The translations under genes were made by a program, and so were the position numbers. Source: a virus. Taken from it: a stretch of 64,000 bases of DNA. The number at the start of each line of letters is the position of its first letter. The first letter of the stretch is position 1. The notes beneath the pieces are model-generated. The model ran no database searches, had not been told where the DNA came from, and saw only the letters and a program-made list of their open reading frames with translations. The stretch lies in IMG/VR virus record IMGVR_UViG_3300035664_000005, positions 36,946 to 100,945 of that record. One strand, 5' to 3'. This document shows positions 28,851 through 37,838 of the stretch, one piece after another.

Positions 28851-31800
28851 TTAACGAAGAATTTCATTCATCAGACCGTCAACGAATCTTGTGTCACCCA
28901 ATTGAGCCAAGTTATACTCTAAATTCTCGCGTCTTTCAGTTTTCATCGTGTCTTCCACCGCATCATAAACAGCGTCAACTTGATCCAATTGATCAAAAGA
29001 ATCTGCTATTGCTTTTCTTGCTGTGGCTATAGTTTCTTGAAGTTCTTTCTTAATCGCTTGCGTTTCTCGTATCTTGTCTTGACCTTGTAAGCCACTCAAA
29101 CGCTTCTTATACCCCTGCCAAGGTCTTGGATCCATACCGTGAACAAATCCAAAATAATTTACCAATTCCGCTGCTGTTTTTCTTTCAAATCTTGCCCGAC
29201 CGAAATCTAAAGGAACCGCACCGTTGCCCGCAAATAAATCTCCATTGCCAGCGTGCCTATCTCTCACATCCATTATCGCATTAAGTATCCCATTGAATAA
29301 TCGCGACTGAGGGTCGGTTATTTTGCTCGGATCATAACCTCCTGCGAGTTTACCGTCGGAGTTATTTAAAAAAATGTCCATCAAAAGGAAAGGACCTGTA
29401 TCATCTCCGCCTGCGATTCTTGGTGATCCGTTTGCAAACCCAAGATTTTTGGCAAGGATGTTCCCAATGACTTCTGCGTGCTGAGATCCAGAATTGCCGT
29501 CGTTGTAGGCGTCGTCATAGTCTTCGTCGCCAAATTTTAGAAAGTATCCTCTGCCCCATTTTTGTGGGTTTTCATCAAGCAACAAAAAGTATTGCGGACT
29601 TGTAATTCCAGAACCAACAGGCATTTTGACAAAGTCAATCCCATTTTCTTTCAGTGCCTTAACTAGGGCAATGTTTTCTTGAATTCGCTGTGGGGGCAGT
29701 GCACCTAAACCTGCTTGAACATCTGTGCCTATTCCTCTTCGGACATCAATGGTTAATTTTTCTAGTTTTGCACCAATTTGAGCGTCGTCAAGATTTGGGA
29801 AAACTTTCAGTACAGCATCTCGTATTTCTGGAGTGAGCCCTCGGCGATCAGCGAAGTTTGCTGTACGGGCTTCCAGTGCATCTAAGATAAAGTCGTCTGG
29901 AATATCTGCCAACGAACCTTTATACGCTTTTGCTTCATCTACAGTGTTGATTCCTTTGTTGCCTACTGGCACTGAAACAAATTTTCCGTCTTTGGGTTGA
30001 AGTTTTGGCATGGCGGTCTCGTGGTTGTCCGCAAGGTTGTTCATTTTTAATGCTGGTGTGTTTCCACTTTTTGGGTTTGACGGTGTTGGCGTCGGCGCTT
30101 TAGATGTGGTTGATTTCGCATTTACCGCTTGTCGGAGTTTTCTGTGTTGTTCGCTAACTTTTCGTAAATCATCCATCACACCGACATCAGGACGCTGCCC
30201 CATTTGTCGTATTAATTTTATCTGTCCTCTTTTGTCATCTTCAATGCCTTCTACAAGACTAATCAGGTCGCTCAATTCGGTTTTTGAAACTGCTTTTGGT
30301 TGAAGCAAAATTGCTTTAACCTGTTTGTCAAATTCTTCACCCCACACATAGTTTGGGTCGCTCTTTATTTGTTTGATTGCTTCAGTGACAGCATCGCGAG
30401 CGGCTTTTTCTTCTGTGACTTTGTTTCGTTTATTCCGTTTAACTGGTTTTGCTGGCGCTGGTTCGGGAACGTCGTCAGGTGTTGGTTTGCGTGTTGCGCT
30501 ACGACCTGCACCTTGTGCCGTTGCTTGTCTGCGACGACCACGATTGTTTCGCGGACGACGAGGTTTTGGTGTTGGTGGTTCAAAATCTTGTGGTGCGTTA
30601 CGTCCGTGAGCATTTTTCCAAGCGTCACGAAGATTAGATTTATTGATTGCGTACCATTCACGGCGTGTCAGCATTCCAGCGTTTCCGCCACCTTCACGAA
30701 TTTCACGAACGCGTTTTGCGTACTCGTCATATTTTCGTAATACGTAAGGTTTGAAGTCTTCTGATGCTAAGGCGTCTGATGCGTCTCGTGCTGTGAGTAC
30801 ATCAACATTTTCTGCTTGTGGTGCAACGCGTGGGCGTGCCTGTGGGCGTTTTCCTGCTGGTGCTGGTCGTTTCGTAGGGCGTGGTTTCGGTGCAGGATTG
30901 TTTCTACCGTTCAAAAATGCTTTACCCGCCGTCGTTACCTCTAGGGTGTATTTTGCTCTGTCGGGATCAAAAACCCCACCTGCTGGAGTGTCGTTCTTTT
31001 TTTTACGAAGGAAACCTTTTTTGACTAATCGTTTAATGATTGGTTCATCTTCCGTAGTGACGCCTACCCAATCGTCCCAAACAGCACCAGTCCCCCCGTC
31101 GGGATGTGCTTCAAGAACGCGTTGTAGAAAATCTCGGTCTTCCTTTTCTTCGCGCAGATTTTTTTTCGGTGCCTTTGGCGTGGGCGCTGTTTCAGGGATT
31201 ACATCACGACGCCTATTACGAGGAACTCGTGCTGGAGATTCTGCTTCAGGCATAGTCTCTGTGACTCGCCTTTTTGGAACCCGTCGTTGCCCAACAAGAC
31301 CGCGTGCGACATTTCGCCAACCGCCGTCAATGTCATTTGCTTCTGCAACTCCGCCACGACCTACTTGTGGTTTTGGTGCATCCCCGCCTTCAAGACGCTC
31401 AGCGATACCGCGTAAGCCTCCTTCAACACGACCAGTCTCAGGAACTCCGCCAAGCCTTCTCATCATTCGTGCATTACGACGATCAAGACGACGCTTCCGT
31501 TTGTCATCATCTCGTTGTTCTAGTCGTTCACCGATATCTGCAATTTGGTTTGCAATACGGCGTGCTATACCCCATCCACATGAGCGTCCGAACCTGTCGG
31601 TGATTTGTCCGCCGTATCTTGTTCCTACAGGGCAACGAAAGCCCCCACGACGATTAGTTCCGGGTATAGAAAGACTTGGATCCCAAATAGCGCGAACACC
31701 TTTGATTTCAAAATGTGCTGATGAACGAGTTTGATCCGATATGAAAGAAGACGCTTTGAAAGTAAGAACATTTTTGAACTCCTCATTAGAAAACTCAGAC

Positions 31801-32105
31801 AGTAAAACTTCAGAGATTGACAGAACAGGGAGTGTTTCTAATTCTTTTTTTACGAGAGAAATATTTGCAACTTTTTTCTGTGATGCCATCCCTGAAGGGC
31901 TTGGTCCTTCAATGATTTTTGATGCGTCCATTGTTTGAACTAGTTCAGGTTTAGTGATTGGTGTTTTGCCATATTCTTCGCGCAACATTTTGGCGAGGTC
32001 TTTTGCAGGCTCAGACATAGGTTCAAAAGTGGAACCCTGAGGTGTTGATGTGACAACCATGAAAGGGGTCTCGTCGCGATTTTTGATAACAAAAACTAAC
32101 TTCAT
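28851..32105 (-). CDS. Large paralogue 2: RCP module + wHTH-like insert + C-terminal HipA/PI3-4-kinase-like domain
   Basis: Shared RCPVGTRYGGQITD module; YFLK, AEVIG...LGF, DVRDRHAGN, PLDFGRA. Confidence 0.75.
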   Translation of the reverse strand: MKLVFVIKNRDETPFMVVTSTPQGSTFEPMSEPAKDLAKMLREEYGKTPITKPELVQTMDASKIIEGPSPSGMASQKKVANISLVKKELETLPVLSISEVLLSEFSNEEFKNVLTFKASSFISDQTRSSAHFEIKGVRAIWDPSLSIPGTNRRGGFRCPVGTRYGGQITDRFGRSCGWGIARRIANQIADIGERLEQRDDDKRKRRLDRRNARMMRRLGGVPETGRVEGGLRGIAERLEGGDAPKPQVGRGGVAEANDIDGGWRNVARGLVGQRRVPKRRVTETMPEAESPARVPRNRRRDVIPETAPTPKAPKKNLREEKEDRDFLQRVLEAHPDGGTGAVWDDWVGVTTEDEPIIKRLVKKGFLRKKKNDTPAGGVFDPDRAKYTLEVTTAGKAFLNGRNNPAPKPRPTKRPAPAGKRPQARPRVAPQAENVDVLTARDASDALASEDFKPYVLRKYDEYAKRVREIREGGGNAGMLTRREWYAINKSNLRDAWKNAHGRNAPQDFEPPTPKPRRPRNNRGRRRQATAQGAGRSATRKPTPDDVPEPAPAKPVKRNKRNKVTEEKAARDAVTEAIKQIKSDPNYVWGEEFDKQVKAILLQPKAVSKTELSDLISLVEGIEDDKRGQIKLIRQMGQRPDVGVMDDLRKVSEQHRKLRQAVNAKSTTSKAPTPTPSNPKSGNTPALKMNNLADNHETAMPKLQPKDGKFVSVPVGNKGINTVDEAKAYKGSLADIPDDFILDALEARTANFADRRGLTPEIRDAVLKVFPNLDDAQIGAKLEKLTIDVRRGIGTDVQAGLGALPPQRIQENIALVKALKENGIDFVKMPVGSGITSPQYFLLLDENPQKWGRGYFLKFGDEDYDDAYNDGNSGSQHAEVIGNILAKNLGFANGSPRIAGGDDTGPFLLMDIFLNNSDGKLAGGYDPSKITDPQSRLFNGILNAIMDVRDRHAGNGDLFAGNGAVPLDFGRARFERKTAAELVNYFGFVHGMDPRPWQGYKKRLSGLQGQDKIRETQAIKKELQETIATARKAIADSFDQLDQVDAVYDAVEDTMKTERRENLEYNLAQLGDTRFVDGLMNEILR

Positions 32106-32183
32106 TGGGTGCTTTCCATGATCGGGAAGGGTTTAACAGACCTTCTATACCGTGTAGTGGTATCGCCTATCAAATATTAGCAC

Positions 32184-32510
32184 TTATTTTGCTGAGTATT
32201 TTTTGCTGTATTCATCTATTTCTGCCACTAATTCGTTGACGCGATTTTTAGGCACATCCTCATTGGTGACAAATTTATAATCCTTTGGATCGCTTTGTGA
32301 ACCTCTATGGTCTAAAAGGCTGACGACCATGCCCTTATCCTCAAACATTCCCGCATTATTAGGGTTGTCTGAGTGTGTTCGGATGCGGAGACCGTTGTGT
32401 TTGGATGCCCTAGAGACTTTGTACCAAATCCATTTATTTTCATCATAATGGACGACAAGTTGGTGCAACTCTGTCTGAATCCGTGACTCGTAAGTTATTG
32501 GAAAACCCAT
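32184..32510 (-). CDS. Small protein after kinase paralogue 3, with its own leaderless promoter
   Basis: 108 aa; TAGAAT (32522-32517) sits 6 nt before the ATG. Confidence 0.6.
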   Translation of the reverse strand: MGFPITYESRIQTELHQLVVHYDENKWIWYKVSRASKHNGLRIRTHSDNPNNAGMFEDKGMVVSLLDHRGSQSDPKDYKFVTNEDVPKNRVNELVAEIDEYSKKYSAK

Positions 32511-32532
32511 AGTTATATTCTACCTTCAGACA

Positions 32533-35046
32533 TTAAAAGTTCCCCGTCATTTGATCTAGATTGGCTAAACCCCAAGCAATTCGTGCTTCAGCCACCCTTC
32601 TAAGTTGAACCAAATGATTTTTTTCCGAATCCGACAACTTAATACCGTTAGCCTCAATTCGTTCAACGCTCAACTGTTCGTCCAATCTTTCTCTAATTCT
32701 CTCAAAAGACCTACGCATTGTCTTTTTATAAATATTCCGATCACGATCATTCTGAAATTCGTAGCCCAAACTTTCTAATTCGTCAAACGGATTATTGGCA
32801 GGCTCGTCCATATAAGCCCTCAAACTTGGATCAGCAACAACGAGGTCTGCGGAGTCTCTCACCCACTCATCAAATTCTTGTTCGTCATAGTTGGGGTTTG
32901 GAACTCTCCCACCGAACAACATGCCATTGTCAATAATTGCCAAACGGACACGTCCGCCTTGTTCTGTCATCAAGAAATTACCACCGTGTCTATCTGTGTT
33001 GCCAAACACAAAGTCCATCGCCAATATTCTTGCCGAGTCGCGCGGGTTGATTTTTTTGGCTTGGGCTTCAGTCATCATGCCTGCATCACGCCATTGACCC
33101 TGAACACCATTTTCCCATTGTGCAACATCCCGCATCATCATCCATCGTTTTGGTGGTTGACCAGAAACAGAACCTACCCTTAAATGGTTTTCATTATTAC
33201 CGAACTCTAAATCTTGAGCGACTCGCATTCCAACGTTTTCTAGTAAAGCGTCGTTCCTTCCGTATGTTGAAGTTTTCAAATACCAAACTTCTCCATTAAT
33301 TTTGTCCGTAACTCTAAACACTTGCCACGGACCTGGAGCAGCCCAATTTTTGTCTGCTATTAGTTTAAATTTGTACCTTCTATTTTCAAACTGAGATCCC
33401 TCACCTTCATCAAAACCTTGATCTAGTTTTTCGGCAATTTTTGCATCGGTGAACAGCAATGGACGACCATTCGCATTTAACTGCTTGAACTGACCATCAA
33501 AAACCGCTTCAATAACTACGCCATCTGGAACATCTGCAAGATTTCCGTTATCTTCGTGAAGAAGTTTTACGGCTCTTTGTAGGTCAGCCTCTTTCCCGTA
33601 TCGGCGAGGTGTTCTGCCACCTTTACCAGCGTCAGCATCAGGGACAACCCTTGAAGCGGGCAAGGAGTCTAAGGGTTCAGGAGTTGGAGGTGTTGGTGGT
33701 GTCTGAGGTGTCGGAGGTGTCGGTGAACTTGTGTTTTCGTTATTTCCGTCGCTTAGATCCAAAAACTGTTGACTAAAATCGCGTAAGTAACGATTCAGTG
33801 ACGCTTGACCCTGTGGACCTCGGTACTCTTGTTCTAGCGCGTCACCATCAACGATATTTCTGGCTAGGAAACCACGAAATTTTCCGCTTTCTTGTGGGAG
33901 TAGTTCAATTTCCCAGTTTCCCTTTTTCCATTTCGTTGAACCATCAGGTTGGTTAATAGCATCCCAACCTTCTCCACCGAAATCTGGCATTTTCATATTT
34001 GCCTGTGCTGTTGGTGCTTTAGGTGGTTGACCGGGTTTGTTGTCTGGGTTTTTTATTTTTCTGTTGACATAATCTCCTCTGTTATTGAGGTATCCGTCAT
34101 TGTCGTAATAGCGTCCAAATCTTCTTTCAAGTTCTGCTTTTTCTTCACCTTCAGGGAAATCTGCTTCTCGCCAATAAGCGTTATCGGGAAGACCTCGTTC
34201 ACGGAAACGATTACGCACATTTCTGATAGAACGCTCATCGGGAAGACTGCTACCGATGTCCACAGCAGATGATGGGTCGGCAACAAAATCTGGGTCTGCT
34301 TCAACAACCGTTGGGCGAGGCGCAGATGGTAATTTTCTTGTTGGCACTTTTGTGGGTTTTGGTTTATCGCCGTCTACAAAATCTGCTTCTGGTTTTCTGC
34401 GTGCAGTTCGTTTTGCCCCTTGTTGGGCAGCCGTTCGCCGACGTCGTCTTTGCTTGTTCGGTTTTGGTGGTTCTCCCGTGCGTGGGGCACCCGGTTCTAC
34501 AAGTTCTCTTTCCATCCTGCGTGCTTCTGAGTCACGAAGGTTTCCTCTCCTACGAGGCGTTTTCTTTCTCTTGGGTGCGTTTGGTTTTGGTGGAATTGTT
34601 GTAGGAGATTTTGGACGAGCCGATGGTTTTATTTGTCGTGGCTTCTGTTCGCCGTCAAGTGCTTCAGCGATGTTTCTCGCTCCACGTTCAAGTAAGCCGG
34701 GTTTTTGTTGTCTTGCCAAGAAGCGTTGCATGCGAGCATTTCGTTTAGCAAGACGATTATTGCGTTTGCGATCGTCAATGTTTTCTAACCGTTCGCCAAT
34801 GTCTGCGATTTCGTTGGCGATTCGTCGCGCTACTCCCCAACCGCAAGAACGACCGAACCTGTCAGTTATCTGACCTCCGTAACGAGTCCCCACAGGACAA
34901 CGCCAACCGCCACGCCGATTAGTTCCCGGTATAGACAAACTTGGATCCCACAAAGCACGAACACCTTTTACTTCGTAATTAAAAGTGCTTGCTGTTTGTT
35001 CTGAGATGAAAGTCAAAGCCTTGAAGTTGACTTCGTTTTTTTGCAT
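32533..35046 (-). CDS. Large paralogue 3: RCP module + C-terminal HipA/PI3-4-kinase-like domain
   Basis: Shared RCP module; WYLK, LLENVG, DFVFGNTDRHGGNFL, AIIDNG. Confidence 0.8.
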   Translation of the reverse strand: MQKNEVNFKALTFISEQTASTFNYEVKGVRALWDPSLSIPGTNRRGGWRCPVGTRYGGQITDRFGRSCGWGVARRIANEIADIGERLENIDDRKRNNRLAKRNARMQRFLARQQKPGLLERGARNIAEALDGEQKPRQIKPSARPKSPTTIPPKPNAPKRKKTPRRRGNLRDSEARRMERELVEPGAPRTGEPPKPNKQRRRRRTAAQQGAKRTARRKPEADFVDGDKPKPTKVPTRKLPSAPRPTVVEADPDFVADPSSAVDIGSSLPDERSIRNVRNRFRERGLPDNAYWREADFPEGEEKAELERRFGRYYDNDGYLNNRGDYVNRKIKNPDNKPGQPPKAPTAQANMKMPDFGGEGWDAINQPDGSTKWKKGNWEIELLPQESGKFRGFLARNIVDGDALEQEYRGPQGQASLNRYLRDFSQQFLDLSDGNNENTSSPTPPTPQTPPTPPTPEPLDSLPASRVVPDADAGKGGRTPRRYGKEADLQRAVKLLHEDNGNLADVPDGVVIEAVFDGQFKQLNANGRPLLFTDAKIAEKLDQGFDEGEGSQFENRRYKFKLIADKNWAAPGPWQVFRVTDKINGEVWYLKTSTYGRNDALLENVGMRVAQDLEFGNNENHLRVGSVSGQPPKRWMMMRDVAQWENGVQGQWRDAGMMTEAQAKKINPRDSARILAMDFVFGNTDRHGGNFLMTEQGGRVRLAIIDNGMLFGGRVPNPNYDEQEFDEWVRDSADLVVADPSLRAYMDEPANNPFDELESLGYEFQNDRDRNIYKKTMRRSFERIRERLDEQLSVERIEANGIKLSDSEKNHLVQLRRVAEARIAWGLANLDQMTGNF

Positions 35047-36765
35047 CTACTTTTTCTTTCGTTGCTTTGCCAGATCGGGCTTGATGAATGTCTCATATAG
35101 CCATCGTGGAGCGGTTCGTTTTACACCGTCGGCGCCTGTGTATTCCACGAGTGCCAATGCATCAGGAATGTTTCCCGTATCAGCAATAAATTTGAATGCA
35201 CCTTCAGAATTTTTTGCGAAGTCTTCAATATTTTTGATGATGTTGTCTTTGGTGCTTGATTCTGCAAGCGAGTTAATCATCCGTGGGAATTTGCGTTTTT
35301 CACCAATTGTGAAGGGTCGCGAGCGTTCAATGCTGACCGTTACACCGTTTGGAGCGACGAAAGCGATCTTGCTCATTGACGGACCACCAAGAAGCGCTAA
35401 ATCGTCTGCGCCTATGTCGGCAGGTAATTGAATGGCGCGAACCATCGCACCGTCAACCATGTCAGGGTTTTCACTGAATGAACGAAGAACAGATGAAGGA
35501 ACAACTGGTCGTAGAATTACGCCGTCTCGTCGGATCATTCGTCCTTCGCCTGCTGGCGCACCTTTAAGCGTTGATATTGACTGCCGAACCGAAGCGTTGA
35601 ACTTATCTTTTTGGAAAGCGCCAGTTCGTGGGATTTGTGCCATGCGACTGATTTGAATTGTTCGCGCATTACTTGGGTTTCCCTCTAATACTTCTGAAAG
35701 ATTTTCGGCTCTTGCTTGCGGAAGTTTCGGTGCCGCTGTCGGGCGCATTGCTCGTCTGATTAGTTCTAACGGACCTGGTATTTCAAATAGTTGTGCACCG
35801 CAAGTAGAGAAACGGTTGTCTGTGAATCGTCCACCAAATTCAAAACCAGCAGGGCATCGTGCTTGACGCTTACGATTTGGCTTCAACCGACTGAGAGCAC
35901 CTTGTCCCCCGCCCGGTATTAGCGCACCGTAAACGCGTGAACGAATCGGAGAAGTCAGAGGGGAGATGTTTCCGGGTGTTAACGCTGAACCAATGCCTTG
36001 CAATGCTCTTCCTGCACCTGAACTAGAACCAACCAATCCTGCTTTTTCTTCTAAACCTTCTGAGTCATCTTTACCTACTCGGTATCCACCGCCACGCTTT
36101 TTGTATTCACGAACAAGCCAAGCATTCGCATATGCAGATGGATAAACATTAAATTTCTTTTTGGCTTCCGCTTTAACTCGTGCATAAAGTTCGGGGTCTG
36201 TAGGGATATTTTCACTTTTTACTGTGAATTCATCAGACTTAATTGTGGACACATTGATTGGTTTCTTGTCTTCACGGGTTTGAGAGTTTTCGGCTCGTCG
36301 TTTCCTGTTTACGGCGGAAGCAATTTGCTCGGGGGTCATACTCATCGCTCTAGACTTTTTCACACATTTTGGATACTTACCTGAATTTGCGTCCTCACGA
36401 CCGCAAGACTCAAAGCCTCCACCCTTTTTAGGGCGAGAGATGTCAACCCATTCTTCTTCAAACCATTTTCCTAAGCCACCGCGTTTTGTTTCATCGCCGA
36501 TAAAAGTCTCCGAACCCAACCGTGATGTCCGTGATTTTACATAAAGAGTTGCTTTAAAGTTGAGCAAAGACCTGTCACCGTTTAACGGTGTTTTTCTAAG
36601 CGCTGAACCTTTGGTGAAAATAGTTTTTCTTTTTGAATTTGATGGGTCAAAATAGGTTTCGTTGCCTAAGACAATGTTGGTTCGTTTTAGTAAGGTTTTT
36701 TCGCGAACAGATATACGAAGTTTCCGAGCAAAGTATTCAAAGTTTTGGTTGAGATAGTTACTCAT
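35047..36765 (-). CDS. Modular head-region protein with a divergent RCP module
   Basis: GGLGKWFEEEWVDI module, PTDPELY...PSAYA..YKKRGG module, RCPAGFEFGGRFTD..CG. Confidence 0.7.
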   Translation of the reverse strand: MSNYLNQNFEYFARKLRISVREKTLLKRTNIVLGNETYFDPSNSKRKTIFTKGSALRKTPLNGDRSLLNFKATLYVKSRTSRLGSETFIGDETKRGGLGKWFEEEWVDISRPKKGGGFESCGREDANSGKYPKCVKKSRAMSMTPEQIASAVNRKRRAENSQTREDKKPINVSTIKSDEFTVKSENIPTDPELYARVKAEAKKKFNVYPSAYANAWLVREYKKRGGGYRVGKDDSEGLEEKAGLVGSSSGAGRALQGIGSALTPGNISPLTSPIRSRVYGALIPGGGQGALSRLKPNRKRQARCPAGFEFGGRFTDNRFSTCGAQLFEIPGPLELIRRAMRPTAAPKLPQARAENLSEVLEGNPSNARTIQISRMAQIPRTGAFQKDKFNASVRQSISTLKGAPAGEGRMIRRDGVILRPVVPSSVLRSFSENPDMVDGAMVRAIQLPADIGADDLALLGGPSMSKIAFVAPNGVTVSIERSRPFTIGEKRKFPRMINSLAESSTKDNIIKNIEDFAKNSEGAFKFIADTGNIPDALALVEYTGADGVKRTAPRWLYETFIKPDLAKQRKKK

Positions 36766-37075
36766 TTTGTGAAGATTCTTTCGGATTTACGATTTCTGCT
36801 ATTTCTGACGGCAGTTGAGTTTTCCATTTTTTAGCCAGCAAATCTAAAAGGTACTTATTTTCATCATTTAAAAGATTCGTGCTTATATCATAATACGACA
36901 TTTTTGAGGTGGCTTTTTCAATAGTCATTTTTCCTGTTGAAACAAGCCCTACATATATGGTTTCGGCAAGTTTCTTGTCAGGGCACATCACCGCAAAGAT
37001 TTTGGAGTCCTTTTCAAAAAGAACATACGGGGAGCCACTAATACCCACGCTTGGGGCGATTACCGCATATCTCAT
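36758..37075 (-). CDS. Small protein after the stand-alone kinase-like ORF (candidate partner)
   Basis: GGAGG RBS before MRYAVI; 105 aa. Confidence 0.55.
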   Translation of the reverse strand: MRYAVIAPSVGISGSPYVLFEKDSKIFAVMCPDKKLAETIYVGLVSTGKMTIEKATSKMSYYDISTNLLNDENKYLLDLLAKKWKTQLPSEIAEIVNPKESSQNE

Positions 37076-37076
37076 A

Positions 37077-37838
37077 CTATTCCCCCTCCAAAAGCCTGTG
37101 GAGAACAGTGTCATTGGGGGGCGCAGACTCAATCATCATGTCAACCAATTTTTTAACTTCAATTCTTTGAATTTCCATCAGCCTTTTGGTGGCGTTGCTT
37201 ACTTCTTTCTTGATTGCATACAGTTCTTTTACTTGTTTATTGGAAATTGATTTCATGTCAAAAAGTTTTGGGTCATCCACAATGCCGTCTAGTTCTTTGA
37301 TTAAGTTGGCTCCCAAAGAACTAGGGTCAATTTTTTTTAACTCTTTAAGGGTTTCTTCCGCGATCTCTATGAGTTTGGTGAAATTACTTTGACTACGACC
37401 ATGTCTTTTTTGTAGTTCCGTGTTGACAAAAGAATTGCGGTACGCCTTGACGACCTGTTCTAACGAAGTGTCTTCCATGTTGAAAGGCTGAAGAATTGAG
37501 TCGTGATCAACAGGGATGACATCAACACCTTCAGCGTTTTCGCTTAACAAAAAATTGCTTACATCCCTTTCCCCGTTCAACATCACCACATCCATTAAAT
37601 GCATGTAAAGCAATTTGTCGCTTTGCACGGCTTCCAAGTTGTCTGGCGTTGTCTGTTTTATTTTGCCATCATAAGAATCAATTGATGAATCAGCCATAAT
37701 TGAGATTAGACCTTTTTGAGGGTCAAGTTTCATAACTCGCAAAGCAGACGACGGGTATCCAAACTCTTCCAAAATTACATGACCTAAAACTTCAGATAAA
37801 GGTTCATACCATTTTGATTTAATTACTTTGTCGTTCAT
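37077..37838 (-). CDS. Stand-alone HipA/PI-kinase-like domain with a degenerate active site
   Basis: SEVLG...FGY, DVVMLNGERDVSNFLL, IPVDHD (compare DRHGGN and IDNG in paralogue 3). Confidence 0.65.
   Translation of the reverse strand: MNDKVIKSKWYEPLSEVLGHVILEEFGYPSSALRVMKLDPQKGLISIMADSSIDSYDGKIKQTTPDNLEAVQSDKLLYMHLMDVVMLNGERDVSNFLLSENAEGVDVIPVDHDSILQPFNMEDTSLEQVVKAYRNSFVNTELQKRHGRSQSNFTKLIEIAEETLKELKKIDPSSLGANLIKELDGIVDDPKLFDMKSISNKQVKELYAIKKEVSNATKRLMEIQRIEVKKLVDMMIESAPPNDTVLHRLLEGE

Noticed and set aside
30751-31734. Long plus-strand ORFs antisense to the RCP paralogues (also 27743-28312 and 34256-34873)
   Set aside because: Shadows of Arg/Pro-rich coding sequence; no RBS or motifs; their mutual similarity just mirrors the sense-strand repeat
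28300-35030. Repeated RCP-module DNA as a diversity-generating retroelement TR/VR pair
   Set aside because: No reverse transcriptase in the window; differences are mostly synonymous rather than adenine-specific; the repeats are N-terminal
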